Below are positions 27,457 to 39,244 of a DNA stretch of 64,000 bases, one piece after another (the first letter of the stretch is position 1; each line of letters begins with the position of its first letter). Made by a program: the position numbers and the translations under genes. The stretch is from Octopus sinensis (Eukaryota), in the NCBI RefSeq assembly GCF_006345805.1, contig NC_042998.1, positions 90,148,001 through 90,212,000 on the forward strand. Direction: 5' to 3'. Below the pieces are notes generated by a model. That model saw only the letters and a list, made by a program, of their open reading frames with translations. It was not told where the DNA came from and did not search any database.

Positions 27457-28817
27457 GACAGATAGACAGAGACAGACAGACAGACAGACTGACAGACAGA
27501 CAGACAGACAGACAGATAGACAGACAGACAGACAGACGGTCAGTCAGACAGACAGATATATGTATGTATGCAGACGCACACACACACACATATATGTGAA
27601 TTTATATCTGTGTGCTTCTATGTGTGTCTGTGTCTGAGTGTATTTATACATAAGTAACGCTTTTTCTTGAATTTGTTTCATATTACATATCCCAGACTAC
27701 CTTGATTCGAAGCAATTACAAATATGTGTCTCGCTCTCAGACACAATGTATCGTCTGCAAACACATCTGAAACAGTCAGTTTTACTCCTCCTGGTCACAT
27801 GCACACACACACATACACATATACACATATACAAACACACAAACACACACACATGCCATCACTCAAGTATCAGTTTGATGTATTGCCTGTTACTATACTA
27901 ACAAGATAAATATTGATAAATATTAAATTAACTGCTATAAAATTACTTAAACTAGTTTAGACTTCAAGAACTTTCAAATGATTTGTATGGAAGACTGATA
28001 CTTTTGAATTGTTTATGATGCCAAGACTGTTTACTCAATTATAAGCCTCAGTATAAAGACATCGAGTCTTCTCCTAATGTTCACTGTTTACTACGTTTAT
28101 TTAGAAACAAAATATTTTTGCAACGAAAGAATCCAGTCACAACCACTTAATCTTTTCTCATTACTGAACACTTACTATCTTTCTTCTGGAGACAACAATT
28201 TGGTGTATAATGTTAAAGCTAGTTTTCGATGAGTCACACAAGCTGTTACCCATAAAACGACAGGAGCAGCTGTACAAAATTACAATAAAATAAATAAAAC
28301 ATCTAAAATTATAGAAATATTAAAAAAATTAGTCGTAGTTAGGAAGGTAATATAATACGAACGTAAAATATCATTTGATCTTATAACAAGGTTAAAAGAT
28401 CAACGAAAATGATCATCTTTAGCGCTGATCACTCCAATTTTGACACGCGTATCAAGATGACTTTCAAACAGAAACAGATGGTAATATAAGAGAGAAGAGA
28501 GACACGTTGCGATCGGAAGAATAGCATTATAATGTTTTTGTCAGTAACTCATAAACACATCATTATTTTGCTGGGCATTCCGCACAACAATCATCGTCTT
28601 CAAAGCATTATATTTCAGCTCAGAATAAATTCTACTTGTCGAAATAATAATCATTAGAATGAATGCAATTTTGCCAACACACTCATAACTTATAATGGTG
28701 AGACATATATCTCTGATTGACATACTTTTCTGTAACATAATCCAGACCAATGTGTTTTTCATTTTGCTTCACAAGCAAAGCTCAGGTTTGACAGAATTTA
28801 TCTTCCGACTCTTTATA

Positions 28818-29041
28818 TCTTATCTTTTACTTGTTTCAGTCATTATACTGCGGCCATGCTGGGGTACCGCCTTGGATTTTTAGTTGAATAAATCGACTCC
28901 AGTACATATTTTTAAAGCCGGGTACTTATTCTGTCGGTCTATTTTGCAGAACCGTTAAGTTACGGCGACGCAAACACACAAACACAAGTTGTCAAGCGGT
29001 GATGGGGAGGGACAAACAGACACAAAGACACACACACATAA

Positions 29042-29135
<94 letters not shown>

Positions 29136-29273
29136 TATATACGACAGCCTTCTTTCAGTTTCCGTCTATGAAATCCACTCTTAAGGCTTTGGTCGGCCCG
29201 AGGCTATAATACAAGACACCTGCCCAAGGTGCCACGCAGTGGAATTGAACTGGAACCACAGCCACTCCTGCGC
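28818..29273 (-). mobile_element. tRNA-derived SINE family B with internal microsatellite
   Basis: Reverse head gcgcaggagtggctg...gttcaattccactgcgtggcaccttgggca and tail seen on + as tttcagtcatt..ctgcggccatgctgg. Other copies at about 19660-19960, 50583-50760, 57075-57245 and 63000-63300. Confidence 0.8.
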
Positions 29274-30254
29274 TTATATGTTTATATGTTTATGTCTACA
29301 TGTTAATAAAAAAAAATCCCCCACGCGTGAGGAGACTGCCTTCCATCCGCTCGAGTTTGATTAAAAGAAAATAGTACCAATCTAGCGTACTGGACTGGCA
29401 GAACAGTATGAACGTTGAACCGGTTGCTTTGTGATATTTATTCTAGCTTTTTTGTGTTCTGAGTTCGAATTCTGCCATGGCCTACTTGGATAATAGAGTA
29501 ATCCGTTGCTCAGTTTAACACACTCTCACCTGACACCTTTAAGACCACGCTTCCAATTTGAAGATACTTTTCTCCTTCCCTTTCACCTATCCCAGAAGCT
29601 CTTTAAAGAGTCATGGGCGATGTCATTCAGCTTCAATAACTCGGATTTTTAAAATCTAACGAGCAACATCAGAAGAACGATAGCAATTCACCTTAAAATG
29701 CATTTACTCTTGTTTTAGAGAGAGAGTAATAATGTAGGTTGACATTTTTTTATTGTAGGAAAATTTGAAAATTTTGTTGAAAAGTCAAACAAAATCTTAA
29801 AATTCTCTTTCGGTATTAGTACTTGATGTTAAATGGAGTTGAAAACTCTGTTATTAACAATTGTGTTGTATCACTGTTATAAATCATTAAAAACATACAA
29901 GAGCCTACTGTAGAATACAATTTTGAACTACTGAAATTGACGAATTCTTTTAAGGCATTTTGAGCAGATGTTTGCTTGTTGAAGTCCTCTTTTTGCAGGA
30001 GGTTATTGAATTACTTAAATATGTGGTAGTCGGTGGGGTAGTGGGGTCGAGAGTGTAAATTGGTGAGAGGTAGAGTCTTGTAGTCTATATTGTTCGGTTT
30101 CTACAGAGTTATTTAAGAAACATCTAATCGGTCGATGGCTCATTTTTGGTGCGCGAAAGGAGTGTAGAGCAGACACTGTAAGAGCTACAGAAGGAGAGTA
30201 GGGGGAGAGAGAGAGATTGATAGCTACCTTGATAGATAGATTGATAGATAGATT

Positions 30255-30300
<46 letters not shown>

Positions 30301-30337
30301 CAAGCAGACAGACAGACAGACAGATAGACAGACAGAC

Positions 30338-30410
<73 letters not shown>

Positions 30411-31361
30411 TGTTTCTTTATTAGCCACACAGGGCTGCACACAGATAGAACAAATTACAAGGTAGAGCTTTTCTTTTGAAGGTTTTTAAAAAAAAAAAAA
30501 AAAAGGAAGGGGAGTTTCGATCAAAAGGGATCGTAAAAGGAGAGAAAGAGGACAAAAAAAGGGGGGTTAAAAAAAAAATTGATCAATAGGGATCGTTATC
30601 ACAGAAATGTCAATATGAAGTGTAAAGGGGAGGACAGGTGAGGTTTACCCGTGGAAAGAAAAGCCTACGGAAAAGACCACGGTAACCTCGGTCAATGGAG
30701 TCACATGTTATATTTCTTTTTTTTTTTTTTTTTTTGCGAATAAGCAACTCTCTGTTTTCAATTTCTGGGTTCATAGGATCATGCTCAAGGTGGCTTCGTC
30801 ATTCATACGTGCCATTCTTGCTACATTCACCCATCTTTTTTTAAAATATTCGCTAGACAAAACTTGCCTCTCTACTCTCACCTTCCTTTTCAAGTGGTAC
30901 TTGAAGAAGTTGATGAGAGATTGACCAGAGAGGAAAGTGTTTGTCTCCAATCCTTTCAGACGCGTCCACCAGATACATTCTTTCGCCATAGCCACAAGGA
31001 TGATGAAAATAGCTCTTCCTTCCCGTTTGAAGGAAGGAGGCGTGACAATATTGACGATAGACTCAGCTGATAAACCGACTCGTCCCACACGTGACAGCAG
31101 TTGTTCGACATAAGCCCACAGGTCGGAAATTGTTGGACACTGCACGAGTGCGTGCAGAACGGTTTCGTCGCACTGACCGCATCTCGGGCAGGTCGGCCCC
31201 GTGTTTCTCGAGCCGTGTCTGTAGAGCTTATCCCGAACGGGTAGCGCTTCTCGGTAGCACTGCCAGGCCAGGGATCTCTGGAAGTTGTCCATGGGCCCTG
31301 GCCCGAAAGTCGTCCTGAACAGGCGGGTCAGGTACTCCTCGTCGACGTCCAGGTTCGCCCC
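30411..31361 (-). mobile_element. 5'-truncated Tx1/L1-clade non-LTR retrotransposon inserted in (TATC)n
   Basis: Uninterrupted ORF2 C-terminus 30771-31361 (LAWQCYREALPVRDKL..CPRCGQCDETVLHALVQC, zf-RVT/CCHC knuckle) and a 360-nt 3'UTR ending AATAAAGAAACA. (GATA)n directly on both sides. Confidence 0.88.
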
Positions 31362-31458
<97 letters not shown>

Positions 31459-32134
31459 TTGCTATTTTGTGACCAACAATGAGATAGAGGTAGAAAATTC
31501 GTCACAACAATCTCGTTTATCAGCTTTCTTTTCGCGCCTCTGCTTTAAAGATAAAAATAATCACAAATGCTAAGAGAGCAATCGGGTATTGTTATTAAAA
31601 AAAGGCGATTTTCTCTTTCTTCAGAAACTGCTTTAGTCGTGTGTCGTTTGTTCTTGATAATAGTGACGCATTTATAGTGTGCATTTACAGACACGCATGC
31701 ACACACACACACACACACACATACATACATACATACATACATACATACATACATACATACATACATACATACATACATACATACATACAACAACAAAGTC
31801 ACACACGTACAGATACACCCATACAAACATCGGAACAAGTTTCATTTACTTATATTTCATCAAGTCATGCCGTCTAGATCTCGCTCGTCTCTGATTACGG
31901 TGACTGCAAGGAAAAGTTTCTGTTCACTTCTTCACTGGCCTGACCGCACGGAAACAATCTTACCTAAATGTGTGATATTAGACTGATTTCAATGTATTTA
32001 CGGGTTAAGAAGAGTTAGAGAAGGTAGAGGAGAAAAGTATACTCATCGTTCCTCCTCTTTACCATTATATTATCTGTCTTGTGCAATGTTTTAACTACCA
32101 CCACTTCCTCCTCTCTCTTTCTCTCTCTCTCTCC

Positions 32135-32184
<50 letters not shown>

Positions 32185-32189
<5 letters not shown>

Positions 32190-32498
32190 ATAAATATTAG
32201 GGAATGAATCCAAAATTACAGGGAAAAATCAGATTTAGGGTTAAATCCAATTTTATAGTAAAATATTATATAATATAATTCGAGACAAAACCACTATTTT
32301 AAAACCAAACAAGGAAAGACTTAATCAATACATAAAATTTTAATATAAATTAAATAAACCTCCACTACAATTGTTTCATGTCTGCTACCGACAATCTTCA
32401 GGTGGATTTTCGATCTTCTAATCAGTATTAAAATTTTATGTATTGATTAAGTCTTTCCTTGTTTGGTTTTAAAATAGTGGTTTTGTCTCGAATTATAT
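32185..32498 (-). mobile_element. Severely 5'-truncated PLE: pLTR plus 73-bp inverted pLTR copy
   Basis: Perfect inverted repeat 32273-32345 / 32426-32498 enclosing a hammerhead. Homologous to the reverse complement of 38770-39012 and flanked by (TA)n on both sides. Confidence 0.8.
32362..32405 (-). ncRNA. Minimal type I hammerhead ribozyme motif (PLE pLTR)
   Basis: Minus strand reads CCAC-CUGAAGA-U-UGUC(gguagca)GACA-U-GAAA-CAAUUG-UA-GUGG. Same family as 38783-38828; first stem II pair is U.U. Confidence 0.75.
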
Positions 32499-32503
32499 AT
32501 ATA

Positions 32504-32614
<111 letters not shown>

Positions 32615-32627
32615 ATTATATATATAT

Positions 32628-32672
<45 letters not shown>

Positions 32673-33454
32673 TATGTATGTATATGCGTGTGTGTGTGTG
32701 TGTGTGTCCCTCCTCAATCGTCCCAAAATTCTCTCTTCCTCTTTTTTTTCATCGCTTTGTATTTTGCGTTGCTTTTGTGTTTTTTCCTTTCTTTTTGCTC
32801 TGTCGTATTGTGTACCCATCGTATTTCTTAGGTGTCACGTTCTTTTTTACATACCCACACAAAGATAGCTATCTCTCTTCCCCTCTCTTTTCTTTCTCTC
32901 TTTCTCTCTCTCACTCTCTCTCTCTTTATATATGTTTAGCGGGAGGTTAGTCACTGCTCTCGTTAGCGATCGAGCGTACAATACCCATGAAACAATGGAA
33001 GGTCGAAATCCCGTGATGTGCTGGTCTCGGCGCAGGAGTTGGTGACGATTTATCTCCCTGCTAGTGATATAAACAAGTGTGCATTTTGCACCAAAGCCTA
33101 TATGCGAGGTTTTCTCAAGGTATCTATCGCAGTAAAGTTTGTTCTAACAGAACATCGTCGTTTAAGTGGGAATAAACATTACTTGTTAGTATTAATACTA
33201 CCTCTGTAGCTAATATATTTGTGTGTGTGTGTGTCTGTGTGTGTGTATAAGTCATAAATGACACAGCAATTTTATTTAACAATAAGAAAATTCAAATATC
33301 ACGACAAATTGTTCAGTATCTTAAAACATGTAAATAATTTATATTACTATATTTAACAATAAATAAATTACTTACATTAAGGAAGTTTTTTACGAGTACT
33401 ACTGGATTATTTGAATCCATATATTGTGACTTAGATAGATAGATAGATAGATAT

Positions 33455-33547
<93 letters not shown>

Positions 33548-34112
33548 CGCGTGTGTGCGTGTGTGTACATTAATATGTGAACGTGTATATGTGTGTAAAT
33601 ATATACACACACACATGCACAAGTATTGATCTCTACTTCAATATTGTTTCTCACATGCATTGGCCCAATGTCAAGAAAAGGAACAGCGGAATATATATAC
33701 CCCGGGACTTGAAAGGTACTTCTTTTATCTAGCCTGGAAAGATGAACTCATTGACAGAAGGAATCAAGACAAATTTTTGGCTAGGATAAAAGACGTTTTC
33801 TATTGCTCAGCCACGTTAGGGAAGGAAAACTAGAGACTTAACAAAAACGAAGTGGGCTTTGCAAATAGCACTTATAGGGTCGGGAGGTCGAGCTAAACCG
33901 GGTGATTAAAAACTAGTATGGTTCAACCGATAGACTTCGGTGTAGTTTCTGTTCATTTAGCTTCATTAACGAAGTTTGAGTCAACCAGTTACCCAAATGG
34001 AGTAGAGTTTTCTAACATTGTGAGAGGTGGCTTTAGCTTGTGAGCAAAACAGGCGATTGCAAAGCAGTTTCCAATATATTATATACTACTTACAATATTA
34101 AATACTAATTTT

Positions 34113-34310
34113 CTAAGGCGGTGAGCTGGGACAATCGTTAGCACGCCGGGCAAAATGCTTAGCGGCATTTCGTCCATCATTACGCTCTGCGTTCAAATTC
34201 CACCGAGGTAGACTTGCCTTACAGCCTTTCCGGGTCTTTGAAATAAGTAACAGTTGAACGCTTGAGTCGATGTAATCGACTATCCCCTCCCCGAAATTGC
34301 TGGAGAATAA
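34113..34310 (+). mobile_element. SINE family A
   Basis: aaggcggtgagctgggacaatcgttagcacgccgggc... A reverse degenerate copy lies at about 33660-33800. Confidence 0.8.
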
Positions 34311-34680
34311 TGCTGTAAGTCCTATGTGAATTTCTGTAAATATTACGAACGTGCTTATTTACACAGTCAGTATCCTTTAGTAGCCATCTTAGGCAATTGA
34401 GTATGAAAACCCGTTAAAAATAGATTATACTTTTATTTATTTTCTCGGGAAAGCTTGCTAAATGTCCTCCTTGAATTTTATACAGAAATTACAAGCGTTT
34501 TATAGACTAGTTAGTATTGACCTGCATATATGCAATATGATAGGAAATGTGACATAAATAATTATTTGTAGTCTGTTTGTGATTGTATATATGTATGTGT
34601 TTGTGTATGTATTTATACATATATGATTATGTTTCTGTGCGTATTTATGAGTGCGTGCGCGTGTGTGTGTATATGTGTGT

Positions 34681-34723
<43 letters not shown>

Positions 34724-36886
34724 AGTCTGTCAGTTTGTGTGTTTGTGTGTCTGTGTGTCAGTCAATTATCTCTTGTGTATTTTCGCGAAACAAATTCGGA
34801 CCAAAATAAAGCTCACAGATTTGATTTATCCTTCCAATCGTTTTCATCTCTTCATAGAGATTCTGTCTCATTATCTTCGTCTTTAGACCACGGCCTTATC
34901 TTTATAGCCATTTAGTCAGTCGTAAACATAGCTAGACCTTCTATTATAAGATCATATTACTTCTTTGTAGCAAAGGGAGACTCTAAAAGCTTCGTTACCA
35001 ATATACAAACTAGGATCTTGTTCAAAAGATATCACTCAACCCATCCATGACTAAATCATCAATACAGAAATTTTGTCAAAGTTTACTTATCCAGAAGTTA
35101 ACGTTAACCTCACCGAAAAAGTCACTCGTGCCATATCTTAATAATCTGGAATTCATTTCAAGATAAAGAGTTGTTTGAACATGTTTAACCAAAGTTAGGT
35201 GAGAAAATAACTATTAGAATACCATTTGTACAATCTGAAATACATAAATATCTTGTTACTAAAGTGGTTAAACTCCTGCAAGATGATTCTGGCACCTGGT
35301 TTTGATACAATCTTTTCAATTCACTTACACTGACAAAGTAAATGAAGCCAAGGTTTTTAAAAAATCAATATATTGATATCTTTACTGAATACTTATTGAA
35401 GAATTTAAGAAATAGATTTGTTTGCATTTATATTGAACAGGATTGCTACTTAAATACAATGGCAATTCAGTGTCTTGTAAACAATCATCAAATTTACACA
35501 ATTGAACAGCATTTACAAATCTTGTTTGTTGTCAATATCATCATCAAAGACCAACGCTCTGAATAAATATCTTAAAAAGTAAACACACCTCACGGGATTA
35601 AAACACCTGGGCCAGCGAGGAACTCTCTCTGTAGTTACTCATCTTTTTAGATATAACTTAGACTGGTTTTGGCCGTTATTGGCTCAATCCACGTCTAACT
35701 TAGTACCGACCAATCTTCCTCATATCATACCCACTATCATAAAAACATACATTAGAAAATACAGCTCTTTTTTACAATCCACAAAAGAGATTGGCTGATC
35801 AACGCACGAATGTTTTCGATTGTAGATCTAATCATTCAATGTGAGCGAAAGCTGAAAAATTCAGTTCAAAATGTTTGATATTTTTTCTACTTATGTAACA
35901 GATCCATACAGAAGTAGATAACCGCTTGGCTGACCGATTCTGCTGAATACCTCTGTATATTAAACTAAGGATTGTACATTAAATGGATTTTATAGCTATT
36001 CACAAATATTGTATTATAATAGATTATATTACCATGATGTATTTTACATACATGCATACATATTCATACTCAGATACATATACATAATATGCATATGTGT
36101 ATCTAAATGTTGATATACATTAATAAAAACGAGAGAGAGGGAGAAAGAAAAAATTTAAAAAGTAAAAATAAATAAATAAAATAAAAATAAATAAAAAATA
36201 ATCATTTGGAGAACATTATAGAAAAGGGGTAAAATGGTTTATCTACCAAAACTATGGTAAGGTATATTTAGCTTATTTATATCAATAGGTAAGATAATTT
36301 ATTAGAAAAAAATTAATAATTCAAAATGGTAGATTAAAAATTATTGTTTTATAGTAGGTAAATGTACTACTACTATATGATAAGATTTTCCCTGTCCCTT
36401 AAGCATTGGTCTACTTAATAGCAGCTAACATCTTGTCTGAAGTATATTCTTACTGAACCAAATGGCTTTGCTTCAAAGAAATCGTGATTTATGACTTTGC
36501 CACTTAAATTGTCTATCTATTTTGACCTACCCTAAAATGATACTACACACTGTCTTCTCTCAGATTTGGTAAACTAGCCTATAAATTAAAGTTGAACCCC
36601 GCCCCCAATAATTAAATCTAAATAACAAAAATAATCAGTGATAAGCAGTGTCTTTTTTGAAAAAAATCTCAGTTACAACTATGATGTTGGTAAAACATGT
36701 TCTTTGTCTGGATAAAATTATACAAATGAGTCCTTCGAATTTAACTAAATTCTTAATTTTTATGCAGCTGAATATTTCTCTACATTTTAAATTGCTGTAA
36801 TGTTTGCATTGTTCAATTAAATGGAGTCGCATGAAACGATCCTACTGCACTACCTCTGGATATCCTTGTTGCTTATTTTGATTATG

Positions 36887-36917
<31 letters not shown>

Positions 36918-37103
36918 GTATGTATGTATGTATGTATGTATGTAAGTATGTAAGTATGTAAGTATGTATGTAAGTATGTATTGTCTCGACCACGGTCGAA
37001 CAATGATGATGATGATGATGTATGTATGTATGTATGTGTATGCGTATATATATATATATGTATATATATATGTATATATATATGTATATATGTAGTATGT
37101 ATA

Positions 37104-37172
<69 letters not shown>

Positions 37173-37189
<17 letters not shown>

Positions 37190-39012
37190 TTAGAGACAAA
37201 ACCACTATTATGGATGTATATGTATTTATTTATTTTCTGTATGGGTGTGGGTGTGAATATATTGGTGGATATATCGAGTATTGTACGTATGTATATGTAT
37301 ATGTGAGTGTGTATATGTATATGTTTGTGGGTGTGTGTAAATATGTGTGTGTATTTGTGTGTGAATGTATTGATGGGAGGATTGCTATATAGGTTTGTTA
37401 TTGTGTATTTGGTAAAGGGATGTTTTATCATTATATTTGTATGTATGGGTTTCGTTTATCATGATTGCTTTATTAAAGAATTTTTTAGTAAATTCAGTCT
37501 ATTTACGTTGATTAACATATTCTATTCTATTCCATTCATAATCTTTAAAATAACGTTCGTTCATCACGCGCAAAGAATTTATTAAAATTATATTCTATTT
37601 CCTTGATAATGTAATTTTGTTAACGCTGTAACAGTTAGGCTTTTAAATTTACTTCATAACTTAAAATTGAATAGAAGGTACGTATTTTTTAAGATCTCCT
37701 AATTGTAATTTTAATATGTATAAGCTTTTGAATAATATATTCTCATTATGTTAATCTTGTTGTTTATGTAGTGATCTATTTATCGTATTTTTCTTTGTTA
37801 TTAGTTATTAAATAATTTAGACATACTTTGATAAATAGATAGGTTCGTTTTAAATGGCTTAGGTTATGTTTAATAATAGAATAATTTTATATAAGTTATT
37901 ATTCTTATTCATAAATTTGTTTTAGAATGGTGTTGGTGTTTTTAATAGTATATTGCTGAGTAGGGAATGTTCCTGTATGTGTGTGGCTGAGTGTATGTAT
38001 CTGCTGAATTTGTTACTCCTCTGTGTTGGAGTGTTGCGGTGGGAGTGCGGTTGTGTGTAAGTGATTGTGTGTGTGTGGGTGTGCATTGTTTATGTGTAGA
38101 AATGTTGTTTTCTTTTGGGTGTTTATGTATGTGTGAATGTGTGAGTGTGTGTGTGTTTGTTTGCGTATTTGTGTATGTTTGCTGTATGTATGTGGTATTT
38201 GGAATATGTGTGTGTGTGTGTTTGTTTTAAGTATTTATGTATGGTTGTTGTATATATGTGGTATATGGTATTTGGTAGTTTATTGCTAAGAATGAAATGT
38301 TTCTGTGGGTTGTTGTTGAGTATCTGCGGCTGCTGGATGTGGTTTATGAATGAGGGTTGTATGTGTATGTGTGGGAGTATGAATAAGTAATGTGTAGAAG
38401 TATACGGCTACTTTATTAATTTATCGTTGCCTAGAAGTTTATGTGTATGTATAGAGATATATATATGGGTGTGTGAGTTAGTGTATGTACTTAGATATGT
38501 TTATATATATACTTAGATATTTGGGTATGAGCATGTATGTATATATATTTTAATTTTTGCTTTTTGTTTTTTGAAATTAGATTCTTCATCTTTAAATATG
38601 AGAACTTAAATACTAGGTTTCATTATATTCAATTGTTTATAGAGGTTATTTTAGTTCTTGATTATATATAGATTATATATAGATTATATATATATTTTTT
38701 CATTGATAAATTTATATTATTTATATTTTTTAGTCATTTTAAATTTATATCTTAAAATATTGATTATTTTTAGATCTGAATACCACCTGATGAATGTCAT
38801 TAGAAGAGACACGAAACAATTGTAGTGGCGAATTTAATTTTATTTAATTTATATAAAATTTTTTATGTATTGGATTAAGTCTTTCTTTGTTTGATTTGCA
38901 TAATAGTGGTTTTGTCTCTAATTAATATTATATAATATTTTACTATAAAATTGGATTCAGTCCTAAATCTGATTTTTCCCTGTAAATTTGGATTTATTCC
39001 CTAATATTATTA
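37173..39012 (+). mobile_element. Putative non-autonomous PLE derivative (retrozyme-like) with C-poor body
   Basis: 32-36-bp inverted repeat taatattaattagagacaaaaccactattatg (about 37181-37212) / cataatagtggttttgtctctaattaatatta (about 38899-38930). 3' pLTR with hammerhead, (TA)n at both ends, and no recognisable ORF in the body. Confidence 0.6.
38783..38828 (+). ncRNA. Minimal type I hammerhead ribozyme motif (PLE pLTR)
   Basis: CCAC-CUGAUGA-A-UGUC(auuagaaga)GACA-C-GAAA-CAAUUG-UA-GUGG. Stem I CCAC/GUGG, core intact, first stem II pair is an A.C mismatch. Confidence 0.75.
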
Positions 39013-39013
39013 T

Positions 39014-39102
<89 letters not shown>

Positions 39103-39164
39103 CATTATTGGTGAATTGAAGAAATGGAGCTGAACGCAGATTGAACAGAAATCGTTTTATTTCA

Positions 39165-39244
39165 TTCTACACGTGTTTCGAAAGGCACAAATTACCAAAA
39201 TCCGATTGAATAATGGGATCATATTGTGTCTTTCTCTTCAGGAA
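39165..39244 (-). ncRNA. Type I hammerhead ribozyme with extended stem II (PLE pLTR)
   Basis: Minus strand reads UUC-CUGAAGA-GAAAGACACAA..UUGUGCCUUUC-GAAA-CACGUG-UA-GAA. Core intact, palindromic stem III, predicted cleavage after GUA (A at 39168). Confidence 0.85.

Noticed and set aside
34950-35600. Possible hAT transposase remnant (LLKNLRNRF)
   Set aside because: Too degenerate. No TIRs or catalytic motifs could be supported.
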